DNA of 64,000 nucleotides. It comes from an uncultured Candidatus Saccharibacteria bacterium. GTDB taxonomy: Bacteria > Patescibacteriota > Minisyncoccia > Phycocordibacterales > UBA9973. A program made the translations under genes and the position numbers. Location of the stretch: the NCBI GenBank assembly GCA_964354985.1, contig CAYHBR010000003.1, positions 4,809 through 68,808 on the forward strand, given 5' to 3'. The stretch's first letter is position 1; each line of letters begins with the position of its first letter. This document shows, piece after piece, positions 1 through 8,752 of this stretch. The notes beneath the pieces were generated by a model. It worked only from the letters and a program-made list of their open reading frames with translations. It searched no databases and was not told the origin of the DNA.

Positions 1-362
1 GATTGCAAGAGAAGTATCAATTGCTTTTCCGGTTCCGAGTCCGATATTTCCTTTTTTATCACCAATAGCGATAGCACAAGAAAGAGAGAAACGGCGACCT
101 CCGGCAACCACACGAGTAACGCGACGAATAGAAATGATCTTCTGGTCAAATTCTGGTTTAGGGCGATCTGCAAAGTCTCGGCGTGGACCACGGCGAGGAG
201 CACCGCTTCCACTACCACTGCGTGAGGCCGAAGCACCACCGCGATATCCTGGAGTACTTGCACGGAAACCGCCTACACTTCCGGCTGGGCGTGTTCCGCG
301 AGTGTTTGCACTAGCTGGACTAGGACTTGTTGTTGTATTTGGTTTTGGTGTTATTTCAGACA
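1..362 (-). CDS. rpsE: 30S ribosomal protein S5 (3' end cut by window start)
   Basis: Reverse translation gives M-SEITPKPN...VTRVVAGGRRFSLSCAIAIGDKKGNIGLGTGKAIDTSLAI, the S5 core. ATG at 362. The ORF runs off position 1. It carries a ~75-aa G/R/S/P-rich N-terminal extension. Confidence 0.9.
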
Positions 363-370
363 TATTTGTA

Positions 371-727
371 TTAAAAAATTAAACCTCCTTCGCGTGCACC
401 ATCGGCAAATTCCTTTACACGACCAGTGTACTTGAAACCATTTCGATCAAAAATGACTTTTGTAATCCCATTTCCAGTTGCATTTTTAGCGATTTCGATT
501 CCCATGTTTTTTGCAGAAACGCGTTTTGTTTCTTTTGTCTTACCTTTTTTTATATCAGCTACTGAAACGATAGTGAAACCTTTTGTGTCATCGATAAGCT
601 GTCCGTAGATAAATTTGTTTGAACGAAAAACTGAAAGACGAGGAAGTTCAGCCGTTCCAAAAACTTTGGCTCGGATCTTTCCTTTCAATCGATTTCTTTT
701 TTCAGTTTTAATATTTTTGTATTTCAT
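371..727 (-). CDS. rplR: 50S ribosomal protein L18
   Basis: 118-aa ORF; its position between rplF and rpsE and its size fit L18. Confidence 0.88.
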   Translation of the reverse strand: MKYKNIKTEKRNRLKGKIRAKVFGTAELPRLSVFRSNKFIYGQLIDDTKGFTIVSVADIKKGKTKETKRVSAKNMGIEIAKNATGNGITKVIFDRNGFKYTGRVKEFADGAREGGLIF

Positions 728-753
728 AAAATTTATTTAAAAACGAGTGTAGA

Positions 754-1290
754 CTATGCGGCCTTCTTTCCTTGCTTACGTCTGACGACTTCGTTGTCAT
801 AATGGAAACCTTTTCCTTTGTATGGTTCTGGCTTTTTAAGAGCACGAACTTTGGCGGTAAATTGACCGACAAGTTCTTTGTCGATACCTGTAATAGTAAT
901 GTTGTTTTTTACCGCGACGACAGTAAGAGTTTCTGGAATAGGAACTGAAACTGGGTGAGAAAAACCAAGCGCGAGTTCTAGGTTTGAACCTTTTACGTCT
1001 GATTTGAAACCAACACCTTCAAGAATAAGAATTTTTGAATAAGGTTCGGTTACGCCTTTGATCATATTTTTAATATGAGATGCGTATGTACCCCAGAGAG
1101 AGTTCATGAATTTTGTATCTAGGTTTTTTGGCAAGAGAGTAACTTTATCGCCTTCGATAGTGATAACGATCTCGTCACGCATAGGCTTTGTTAGTGTCCC
1201 CTTTGGACCAACAACGGTAATAACTCCGCTTGACTGGGTGACAGTAACGCCTGATGGAATATTGATTTCTTGTTTACCGATTCGTGACAT
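754..1290 (-). CDS. rplF: 50S ribosomal protein L6
   Basis: 178 aa, MSRIGKQEINIPSGVTV... with the duplicated L6 domains (GYSHPV-like 'GFSHPVSV'); operon position. Confidence 0.93.
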   Translation of the reverse strand: MSRIGKQEINIPSGVTVTQSSGVITVVGPKGTLTKPMRDEIVITIEGDKVTLLPKNLDTKFMNSLWGTYASHIKNMIKGVTEPYSKILILEGVGFKSDVKGSNLELALGFSHPVSVPIPETLTVVAVKNNITITGIDKELVGQFTAKVRALKKPEPYKGKGFHYDNEVVRRKQGKKAA

Positions 1291-1297
1291 ATATTAT

Positions 1298-1684
1298 TTA
1301 CCAAATTGAAAATAAAATTTCTCCGCCGACCAATTCTTTGCGGGCTTCCTTGTCTGTTAGGATGCCTTTTGGAGTTGAATATACGAAAATACCGGCGCCG
1401 TTTTTGTACATACGGATTTCTTTTGTTCCTTTGTACATTCGGCGTGATGGCTTTGAGATACGGGTAACATCGTTTATCTGGTCACCATTTTTTGCGGCGA
1501 TTGTGATGTCGAGGTATGGGCGTTCGTTGCGGATCTTTGTATCAAAATCTACGACAAAACCATTGCGTTTTAAGCAAACAACAATAGACTCCTTCATTTT
1601 TGAATGAGGAACAGACACAACTGCTTTACCAGCGTGTGAGGCGTTCTTTATCATTGTTATCATTGCTGCAATTGGGTCGGTCAT
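1298..1684 (-). CDS. rpsH: 30S ribosomal protein S8
   Basis: 128 aa, MTDPIAAMITMIKNA... S8 N-terminal signature; operon position. Confidence 0.93.
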   Translation of the reverse strand: MTDPIAAMITMIKNASHAGKAVVSVPHSKMKESIVVCLKRNGFVVDFDTKIRNERPYLDITIAAKNGDQINDVTRISKPSRRMYKGTKEIRMYKNGAGIFVYSTPKGILTDKEARKELVGGEILFSIW

Positions 1685-1699
1685 ATAATTTATTGTTTA

Positions 1700-1885
1700 T
1701 TACCAAGATGACTTGCGTACACCTGGGATTTTTCCTTCGTTGGCGTATTCACGGAAACAGATTCGGCAAAGACCGAAATCTCGCATAAAACCACGTCCAC
1801 GACCACAGCGAAAACAACGGTTTGTCTTCCGAGTAGAGAATTTGGGTGTACGCGCAGCGCGTACTTTTACTGATGTTTTTGCCAT
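1700..1885 (-). CDS. rpsN: 30S ribosomal protein S14 (type Z, zinc-binding)
   Basis: 61 aa with CFRCGRGRG...CRICFRE, four Cys as in Zn-ribbon S14; operon position. Confidence 0.9.
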   Translation of the reverse strand: MAKTSVKVRAARTPKFSTRKTNRCFRCGRGRGFMRDFGLCRICFREYANEGKIPGVRKSSW

Positions 1886-2013
1886 ATTGATAAGTACCTT
1901 TTGGTCGAGGAATATCTCGTTTGTTTTCTTTATACCTGCAAGATTGAGCTGTGTGCCCTACCCCACAAAACTAAAGGAGAAAAACGGATTACCTCAATAA
2001 ATAAAAGGCTTCT

Positions 2014-2042
2014 GCAATACTAGCAGAAGGCCCATGATAAGT
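2014..2042 (-). terminator. Terminator-like hairpin upstream of rpsN
   Basis: ggcttctgc-aatacta-gcagaaggcc hairpin; on the minus strand it is followed by a T-rich tract (ttttatttatt). Confidence 0.3.
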
Positions 2043-2099
2043 CAAACCGGCTTTGACGACTACCTAAAACAAGCATAAGATTGTAAAAAACACTTCACC

Positions 2100-2720
2100 A
2101 TGAAAAAACCAAATAAGAGAGTAGACCTGTTCTCTAGAGAAGGAGGTCACGAAAATGCTCGTAAAATCGCACTCGGAGACCGTGGTGCAGAAAATGATTT
2201 CTATAAATATTATTATGGAAATATATTACATTACATAAATTCAAGATTTAAGGTCGACAAAATGACCGCCGAGGATTTGACCATAATGGCACTTACCAAG
2301 TCGATGAAGGCCATAAAAGAAGGTCGATACAAGCCTGATTTTAAGGTTTCGACTTGGGTTTACATTGTTGCCAGAAACTTGACCATAGATCATATCAAGA
2401 CCAAAGAATCTAAAACTCAGAAGATTCATATCGAAAAAGCAGATTATGATTTTCAGATTTCAACTAAAGAAAAAAGTTTCTTGGATAAAATTATTCAGGA
2501 AGACCAAGATTCTTTGGTTCGAAAAGCGATAAATAGACTGCCGGCAATATATCGGATTATTATTTTCTACCGGTATATCAAGGATTACAGTTATCTCGAT
2601 TGTGCGAGAATACTGGGTAAACCGCTTGGGACAATAAAAGGCCAGATATACAGAGCAAAATTCGAGATGTTGAAACGGCCAGAGATACAGGAGATTCTTA
2701 AAGAAAGGAAGGCGGCTTAG
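2100..2720 (+). CDS. RNA polymerase sigma factor, sigma-70 family, ECF-like (group 4)
   Basis: 206 aa. Region 2-like FKVSTWVYIVARNLTIDHIK and region 4 HTH LPAIYRIIIFYRYIKDYSYLDCARILGKPLGTIKGQIYRAKFEML. It is antisense to the flanking ribosomal genes. Confidence 0.72.
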   Translation: MKKPNKRVDLFSREGGHENARKIALGDRGAENDFYKYYYGNILHYINSRFKVDKMTAEDLTIMALTKSMKAIKEGRYKPDFKVSTWVYIVARNLTIDHIKTKESKTQKIHIEKADYDFQISTKEKSFLDKIIQEDQDSLVRKAINRLPAIYRIIIFYRYIKDYSYLDCARILGKPLGTIKGQIYRAKFEMLKRPEIQEILKERKAA

Positions 2721-2764
2721 TAAAGTCGACGAGAATATTGAAATAAATTTTACGATGAGGCAAA

Positions 2765-2795
2765 AGCCCGCGACGTATGTCGCGGGCTTTTTTTA
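2765..2795 (+). terminator. Rho-independent terminator after the sigma factor gene
   Basis: agcccgcgac-gtat-gtcgcgggct followed by TTTTTTT; a weaker T tract on the other strand. Confidence 0.7.
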
Positions 2796-2810
2796 GTACT
2801 TATTTTAAAT

Positions 2811-3371
2811 TTATTTAACCGCAACTGGACTTTTGAAAGGAATACCAATGTGTTCGAAGAATTTTTCTCCTTCCTTTTTACCTTTTGCAGTAGTGACGAT
2901 AGTTATTGCCATTCCGAAAACATCACGGATATCTTCATCACCAGTTTCAGGGAAAATAGTGTGTTCCTTGATACCGATAGTAAGGTTTCCGATATTGTCT
3001 AGATTTTTACGATCTATACCGCGGAAGTCCTTGGTACGAGGAAAAGCGATATTTATTAGCTTTTCTAGGAAACCATACATACGCGCACCACGAAGTGTAA
3101 CAGTGACACCCACAGGGTCTCCAGTGCGGATCTTAAAAGAAGCAATAGACTTTTTAGCTCCACGAACATTGGCTTTTTGGCCAGTGATTTTTGAAATACG
3201 ATTGAGTACGTGTTCGTTGCGTTTTGGATCTTTCTTCATTGCTGTACCAGTAGCAGTAGAGATAACTACTTTTGTGAGTTTTGGCGCAGCCATCTTGTTT
3301 TTGTAGCCAAAGTCACCCTTGAGGATTTCAAAAGCATTATCGTTTTTTTCTTTTACAGTTAAATGTTTCAT
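2811..3371 (-). CDS. rplE: 50S ribosomal protein L5
   Basis: 186 aa, ...VVISTATGTAMKKDPKRNEHVLNRISKITGQK... L5 signature; operon position. Confidence 0.93.
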   Translation of the reverse strand: MKHLTVKEKNDNAFEILKGDFGYKNKMAAPKLTKVVISTATGTAMKKDPKRNEHVLNRISKITGQKANVRGAKKSIASFKIRTGDPVGVTVTLRGARMYGFLEKLINIAFPRTKDFRGIDRKNLDNIGNLTIGIKEHTIFPETGDEDIRDVFGMAITIVTTAKGKKEGEKFFEHIGIPFKSPVAVK

Positions 3372-3398
3372 ATATAAATTCTTATTTAAAATTTTAGA

Positions 3399-3701
3399 CT
3401 ATATCTCCTGGTCGCTCTTTTTTGCGACACGGACAAATACTTTGCCGACTTTCTTTTTACCAAGTCGTGACTGCTTGCCAGATTTTGGATCAAGGATCAT
3501 TACGTTTGAAGCATGGATTGGCATTGAGATTTCAATAACACTTCCCTTCGCTCCGCCCTTTTTTGCACGCTGTTGCTTTTTTACAACATTGACACCGTCA
3601 AGAACAACTCGGTTTGCTTCGCGCAAGACACGAACAATTGCACCAGACTTTCCTTTGTCTTTGCCTGCAACCACTATTACTTTATCTCCTTTTTTAAACA
3701 T
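3399..3701 (-). CDS. rplX: 50S ribosomal protein L24
   Basis: 100 aa, MFKKGDKVIVVAGKDKGKSGAIVRV (KOW motif). Confidence 0.9.
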   Translation of the reverse strand: MFKKGDKVIVVAGKDKGKSGAIVRVLREANRVVLDGVNVVKKQQRAKKGGAKGSVIEISMPIHASNVMILDPKSGKQSRLGKKKVGKVFVRVAKKSDQEI

Positions 3702-3719
3702 ATAATTATTTTTATGATT

Positions 3720-4091
3720 TTATATAACCTCTGGTGCTAGTGAAATAATTTTCTGAAAACCTTTTTCAGCTAGTTCGCGTGGCATTGGTCCGAAAACACG
3801 ACCGGCCTTTGGATCCATCTTTCCTTTTTCCAAAATAACAACTGCGTTGTCATCGAAACGAATATATGAACCATCCTTACGACGAAATGCCTTTGTAGTA
3901 CGAACAACTACAGCCTGGTGAATATCCTTTTTCTTGACGCCCTTGCGAGGATCAGCCACCTTAACTGAAATAATTACGAGATCACCAATTGAAGCATAAC
4001 GACGCTTTGAACCCCCGAGTACTTTGAAAACACGGCCCATGGTTCCACCAGCATTGTCAGTTATTTTTACATTTGTTCCGTCTTGTATCAT
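3720..4091 (-). CDS. rplN: 50S ribosomal protein L14
   Basis: 123 aa, MIQDGTNVKITDNAGGTMGRVFKVLGGSKRRYASIGD... the canonical L14 N-terminus. Confidence 0.95.
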   Translation of the reverse strand: MIQDGTNVKITDNAGGTMGRVFKVLGGSKRRYASIGDLVIISVKVADPRKGVKKKDIHQAVVVRTTKAFRRKDGSYIRFDDNAVVILEKGKMDPKAGRVFGPMPRELAEKGFQKIISLAPEVI

Positions 4092-4095
4092 ATAA

Positions 4096-4356
4096 TTATT
4101 CGGTAACTACTTTAAAATGTTTATCTTTTGAAATTGGTCTGGTCTCGACGATTGTTACTCTGTCCCCTATTTTGTGACCAGCTTCATCGTGGGCTTTGTA
4201 CTTCTTCGAAATCTTGACGTATTTTTTGTACTTTGGGTGCTTTTCGTAACGAGTTACAGAAACAACCACAGTTTTCTGCATTTTATCTGAAACCACCACT
4301 CCATCGAGCGTTTTTCGGTTTACCTTTTTTTCTGTTGTTTCTGTTTCTGTTTTCAT
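4096..4356 (-). CDS. rpsQ: 30S ribosomal protein S17
   Basis: 86 aa, ...[30 protein letters not shown]... S17 OB-fold signature. Confidence 0.9.
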   Translation of the reverse strand: MKTETETTEKKVNRKTLDGVVVSDKMQKTVVVSVTRYEKHPKYKKYVKISKKYKAHDEAGHKIGDRVTIVETRPISKDKHFKVVTE

Positions 4357-4374
4357 AAAAAAATACTTATGCGA

Positions 4375-4791
4375 CTAACGAGCGATGACTCGAGTTTTGA
4401 CCGGCAATTTTGTTCCAGCCTTTCGAAGTGCTTCCTTTGCGGTAGCTTCATCGACACCATCTACTTCAAAAATAACACGACCTGGTTTTACTTCAAAACA
4501 ATATCCTGCTGGATCGCCTTTTCCTTTTCCCATTCCCACCTCTGGTGGTTTGTTTGTAAAAGGTCTATCTGGGAAAATACGAATCCAAATGCGTCCTGTC
4601 TTTGAAAGCTGGTGAGCCATAGTCTTTCTTGCTGACTCAATCTGTTTTGACTCAACACGAGCATAACTTTCTGACTTTAGTCCAAATGAACCAAAGGCAA
4701 GAGTTGTACCACGAGTTTCTGGAGTAATCTTGCTCATATTTCGGCGAGTGGATTGCCACTTCCTGTGTTTTACTTTCTTGGGGAATAACAT
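4375..4791 (-). CDS. rplP: 50S ribosomal protein L16
   Basis: 138 aa, MLFPKKVKHRKWQSTR... the canonical L16 N-terminus. It lies 18 bp from rpsQ, so there is no room for rpmC. Confidence 0.95.
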   Translation of the reverse strand: MLFPKKVKHRKWQSTRRNMSKITPETRGTTLAFGSFGLKSESYARVESKQIESARKTMAHQLSKTGRIWIRIFPDRPFTNKPPEVGMGKGKGDPAGYCFEVKPGRVIFEVDGVDEATAKEALRKAGTKLPVKTRVIAR

Positions 4792-4795
4792 AAAA

Positions 4796-5491
4796 TTATT
4801 GGTTAGCTTCTTTACGTTTATCTGCTAGTGCTTTTTCGGCCGCAAAGACTTCTCCTTTGTATATCCAAACTTTAATACCAATGTCTCCGTAAAGCATATG
4901 TGCCTTTTCGCGAGCAAAATCGATATCGGCGCGGATTGTCTGAAGTGGAATAGAGCCCTTTTTAAGCTCTTCTCCGCGTGCAATTTCTGCACCACCAAGA
5001 CGGCCTCCGAGAACAATACGAACCCCTTTGACACCACGAACTGCCATAACTTTTTCGATAGTGGTCTTGAGAACACGTCGGTATGGCAAGCGCTTTTCGA
5101 TACCTTCTGCAACTGCGTAAGCGATGATGGCTGCGTCAGCATCTGGATTTTCTACTTCGACTATGTCGAGTTTAAAATCTTCTGGAACCTGAAGTTTTGC
5201 TTTCTTGAGTCTTTTTTCTATTTCAGCCTTGAGTTTGACTGCTCCGTCTCCACCACGACCGATAAGCATACCTGGGCGTGATGTGCGGATAATGAGACGA
5301 GTAGATTTGCGGTTACGTTCGATTTCGATAACAGAAACATAAAAACCGCGGAGTTTTTTGCCTAGGTATTCACGCATAACAACATCGGACTTGAGTTCTT
5401 CTGCAAACTTTTTTGGCTCTGCAAACCAACGTGACTTCCAGTCGCGGAGGGTTACAAGTCTATGTGCATATGGGTGGACTATTTTTGACAT
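4796..5491 (-). CDS. rpsC: 30S ribosomal protein S3
   Basis: 231 aa, MSKIVHPYAHRLVTLRDWKSRWFA... plus a KH domain. Confidence 0.95.
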   Translation of the reverse strand: MSKIVHPYAHRLVTLRDWKSRWFAEPKKFAEELKSDVVMREYLGKKLRGFYVSVIEIERNRKSTRLIIRTSRPGMLIGRGGDGAVKLKAEIEKRLKKAKLQVPEDFKLDIVEVENPDADAAIIAYAVAEGIEKRLPYRRVLKTTIEKVMAVRGVKGVRIVLGGRLGGAEIARGEELKKGSIPLQTIRADIDFAREKAHMLYGDIGIKVWIYKGEVFAAEKALADKRKEANQ

Positions 5492-5492
5492 A

Positions 5493-5912
5493 TTATTTTG
5501 CGGTTACTTTTTTCTTAGCTGTTTTTTTAGCTTTTGGTTCAGCTTTCGTTGCTGATACTTGTGGCTTGCCCTTTTTTGCACCTTTTTCGGCTTTGTGACC
5601 GAGTGAAAGTGTAATGTGTGAGCTTCTTTTGTTGATTCTAAAAGCAGATCCACGAGCGCGGGGCATCATGCGTTTGAGAACAATACCTTTGTCGATGCGG
5701 ATTTCTGAAATAATAAGGTTGTCAGTTGATTCCCCTGCTTGTTTTGCATTTGCAACAGCTGAAGCTACAAGTTTTGAAATTGGTTCTGCTGCTCTCTTTG
5801 GTAGGAATGACAAATAAAGCATAGCGTCTACAACGCGCTTTCCCTTGATTGCGTCACCAACAAGGCGAACCTTGCGGGGAGACTGTCTGTAGTTTTTCAA
5901 AAAGGCTTTCAT
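5493..5912 (-). CDS. rplV: 50S ribosomal protein L22
   Basis: 139 aa with L22 core and a Lys/Ala-rich C-terminal tail; operon position. Confidence 0.88.
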   Translation of the reverse strand: MKAFLKNYRQSPRKVRLVGDAIKGKRVVDAMLYLSFLPKRAAEPISKLVASAVANAKQAGESTDNLIISEIRIDKGIVLKRMMPRARGSAFRINKRSSHITLSLGHKAEKGAKKGKPQVSATKAEPKAKKTAKKKVTAK

Positions 5913-5929
5913 GATAATAATTTAGGGAA

Positions 5930-6277
5930 TTACTTTTTAGGCTTGGCGTCGGCTGACTCCTTTCCGGACTTGGCGGCTGCGATTTCAGACTCCTTTTTCT
6001 TGGCTTCAAGTTCTTTCTGCATTTTACCTCCGTGTCTGACAAATTTCTTTGTTGGTGAAAATTCACCCAATCGGTGACCCACCATATCTTCAGTAGCGAG
6101 GACTTCGACATGAGTTTTACCGTTATGAACGCCGAAAGTGAAACCAACCATTTCTGGGGCTATCTGGCAGGCGCGTGACCAAGTTTTTATAACCCCAGTT
6201 TGCATGGGGTTTTTGCCTATTATTTTGTTGAGGACGCGTTCGTCAACGTACGGCCCTTTTTTAAGTGATCTGGTCAT
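5930..6277 (-). CDS. rpsS: 30S ribosomal protein S19
   Basis: 115 aa, [18 protein letters not shown]...[12 protein letters not shown], the canonical S19, with a Lys-rich C-terminal tail. Confidence 0.95.
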   Translation of the reverse strand: MTRSLKKGPYVDERVLNKIIGKNPMQTGVIKTWSRACQIAPEMVGFTFGVHNGKTHVEVLATEDMVGHRLGEFSPTKKFVRHGGKMQKELEAKKKESEIAAAKSGKESADAKPKK

Positions 6278-6380
6278 GTTTTTATTGTATTAGAAAAAGA
6301 AAAGCCCTAATGGAGCTCCCTGCATATTAGCAGATTGAGATTTAAAGTCAAATATTGGCTTAGACCACAAAAGCCTTATT

Positions 6381-6773
6381 TTACAATAGGAAAGTAATTA
6401 TTACCCTTGGGAGGAAAATTACGACACCAACTACGAAAGCAATGATAGCGGTTATCAGTACCGCCCCCGCCGCGACGTCTTTTGTGTCTCTTGCATGAGG
6501 GTGATATTCGGGACTAGTTAGGTTCATATCTATTTCAATTGCCGTATTGAAAGCTTCGGCTGAGAAAACCATTCCTGAAGCAAAAATAATGAAAATCCAT
6601 TCTAGAAGTGTTATCTGAAAATAAATACCTGCGATAACCACAAGGCCTAAGATCATAGTATGAATCCAGATATTGTATTGTCCCCGAAACATTATCCTTA
6701 TCCCCCGCAAAGCGTTCGACATAGACTTGAGGCGAGTGCGTGGGTAAAAACCTTTGTGATTTAACATAACCAA
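6381..6773 (-). CDS. dgkA: Diacylglycerol/undecaprenol kinase family protein (DgkA, PF01219-like)
   Basis: TAIEIDMNLTSPEYHPHARDTKDVAAGAVLITAIIAFVVG parallels the E. coli DgkA C-terminal motif SAIEAVVDRIGSEYHELSGRAKDMGSAAVLIAII; three TM helices. The start may be the internal Met at 6722. Confidence 0.72.
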   Translation of the reverse strand: MVMLNHKGFYPRTRLKSMSNALRGIRIMFRGQYNIWIHTMILGLVVIAGIYFQITLLEWIFIIFASGMVFSAEAFNTAIEIDMNLTSPEYHPHARDTKDVAAGAVLITAIIAFVVGVVIFLPRVIITFLL

Positions 6774-6821
6774 ATGATACCACGCTAAAAAATTTCTAAA
6801 ATAAAAAGTGTTAATTTCTCA

Positions 6822-6858
6822 AATAAAAAATTCCCGCATTATGCGGGAATTTTTTATT
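6822..6858. terminator. Bidirectional intrinsic terminator between rplB and dgkA
   Basis: A-run, then cccgcat-t-atgcggg, then T-run. Confidence 0.6.
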
Positions 6859-6871
6859 TGTGCTAAAAGTT

Positions 6872-7717
6872 TTAACGTTTCTTTCCAGTCTTTCTACGAG
6901 TGAGGACGAGGAAGTTTGAGTATTTCTTTGGCTTACGAGTCTTCTTTCCACGGATACCTTTACCGTAGACGTTTTTGACGCGCTTCATACCTGCGCCCTG
7001 TGCGCCTTCACCTCCACCGAGTGGGTGGTCTACTGGGTTCATGGCAGAACCACGAACTGTTGGGCGAATACCCATCCAGCGAGAACGTCCAGCTTTACCG
7101 TAGTTGATGAGATGGTACTCATCATTTGAAACAGAACCTACCGATGCCCAAGCAAACTCTGGGATCTTTCGTACTTCTGAAGAAGGCATCTTGATCTGAG
7201 CGTAACCGGCGTCGTTAGCGATAAGCTGAGCAAATGTACCAGCTGAACGAACGAGCTTTGCGCCACCATCTGGTTTAACTTCAATGTTGTAAATGTATGT
7301 TCCAACTGGAATAAACTTTAATGGCAAGCGATTGCCCGGAGTGATTGTAGCTTTTTCTGAAACTAAAATCTTTGCACCGACAGTAACATTTTTCGGCAAA
7401 AGCATGTATCTCTTTTCACCATCTTTGTACTGAAGTAGTCCGATAAAACCTGAGCGGTTTGGATCATACTCAACAGAAGCTACGATAGCTGGGATGTCAC
7501 GCTTGTTGAACTTAAAGTCTATATCACGATAGAGTCGTTTGTTACCACCGCCTTTGTGACGAGTAGTGATGCGACCCTGACTGTTGCGACCGACCGATCG
7601 ACGAAAACCTGAAGTCAAAGACTTTTCTGGTTCTGTGCGAGTTATGACTCCACGATAATTGATCGTGGTCATATTTCGGCGAGATGGAGTTGTTGGTTTA
7701 TATGTTTTAATACTCAT
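6872..7717 (-). CDS. rplB: 50S ribosomal protein L2
   Basis: 281 aa with the L2 signature ...GRNSQGRITTRHKGGG... Confidence 0.95.
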   Translation of the reverse strand: MSIKTYKPTTPSRRNMTTINYRGVITRTEPEKSLTSGFRRSVGRNSQGRITTRHKGGGNKRLYRDIDFKFNKRDIPAIVASVEYDPNRSGFIGLLQYKDGEKRYMLLPKNVTVGAKILVSEKATITPGNRLPLKFIPVGTYIYNIEVKPDGGAKLVRSAGTFAQLIANDAGYAQIKMPSSEVRKIPEFAWASVGSVSNDEYHLINYGKAGRSRWMGIRPTVRGSAMNPVDHPLGGGEGAQGAGMKRVKNVYGKGIRGKKTRKPKKYSNFLVLTRRKTGKKR

Positions 7718-7721
7718 AAAA

Positions 7722-8054
7722 TTACATGAATTCTATTTTATCACCTGCCTTAAGTGTTACGACCGCTTTTTTGTAGCCTGATTTCCAAGCAGGACGTCCT
7801 GCGCGGAAAAGTGGCTTACTTGGCATACGAGCAATGGTTACTTTGACTGGATTCTTTTTGTACTCCTTCTTGAATACTTTTATGATATCACTTTTGTTTG
7901 AGTCCATAGGAACAAGAAAAGTGTATGCATTTTTTGTTGAGAGTATTCCAGACTTTTCTGTGACGCGTTTTGACAAGATAGAAACTTCTTTTGCTTCTAC
8001 TTTATCTGCTTTTGTTGCAACGCTCACTTCTTTTGTTGTTTTCTTTGTTGCCAT
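7722..8054 (-). CDS. rplW: 50S ribosomal protein L23
   Basis: 110 aa; Lys-rich; its position between rplD and rplB. Confidence 0.88.
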   Translation of the reverse strand: MATKKTTKEVSVATKADKVEAKEVSILSKRVTEKSGILSTKNAYTFLVPMDSNKSDIIKVFKKEYKKNPVKVTIARMPSKPLFRAGRPAWKSGYKKAVVTLKAGDKIEFM

Positions 8055-8058
8055 ATAT

Positions 8059-8748
8059 TTATGCTACCTTCTCGCTTTTGCGAGGTTTAAGCTTTTTACC
8101 TTCAAAGAATTTAACAGCTTCAGTTGGTTCTGAAATAAGAATGTACTTATAAGTTGTCGCCATCAAAGGATTGAGGTTCTTCCATTGTTCTACCACGACT
8201 GACGGTAGGTTTGAAAGACTTTTAACTGTTTGCTTGTCTGACTTTGAAAGAAGAACCAAGCAAGCTGGCTTTCGGCCATTTGCAATACGTGGTGACTCTA
8301 CTGCCTTTCCAACTTTTGCAAGTGCTTCTTTGGCAGTCTTTGTACTAAAATCCGCAAAAGAAAGTTTGTCTACAAAAACAATTTCGTTGTCTTTGAGTTT
8401 TGCAGAAAGAACTCCGTACAAAACTGCTGTAAGTGTTTTTTTGTTTATCTTTCGGTTATAATTTTTGTCTTTGAGTGGTCCGTGTGTTGTACCTCCACCA
8501 ATCCAGATTGGACTTCGTGATGATCCATGACGAGCGCGCCCTGTTCCTTTTTGTTTCCACGGTTTCTTGCCTCCACCGCGAACTTCTCCGCGTCCTTTTG
8601 CGTTTGCCGTACCAGCACGCTGGTTACCAGCAAGTGCGACTAGAGTAGAGTGAATAGCGTCTTTAGAAATTTTGGCACCGAAAACAGACTCCGGAAGATT
8701 TATTGTTCCTGCTGATTCACCTTTTATGTTGTATATTTTTGCTTCCAT
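8059..8748 (-). CDS. rplD: 50S ribosomal protein L4
   Basis: 229 aa, ...RGGGKKPWKQKGTGRARHGS... the L4 signature. Confidence 0.95.
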   Translation of the reverse strand: MEAKIYNIKGESAGTINLPESVFGAKISKDAIHSTLVALAGNQRAGTANAKGRGEVRGGGKKPWKQKGTGRARHGSSRSPIWIGGGTTHGPLKDKNYNRKINKKTLTAVLYGVLSAKLKDNEIVFVDKLSFADFSTKTAKEALAKVGKAVESPRIANGRKPACLVLLSKSDKQTVKSLSNLPSVVVEQWKNLNPLMATTYKYILISEPTEAVKFFEGKKLKPRKSEKVA

Positions 8749-8752
8749 ATGA

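Noticed and set aside
134-382. Plus-strand 82-aa ORF (and similar ORFs at 426-608, 1106-1309, 1284-1607, 1600-1788, 1713-2000)
   Set aside because: They are antisense to, or out of frame with, well-supported ribosomal-protein genes. Their low-complexity translations are typical of shadow ORFs.
4356-4375. Missing L30 (rpmD) as well as L29
   Set aside because: rpmD would lie beyond rpsE, outside the window, so its presence or absence cannot be assessed here.
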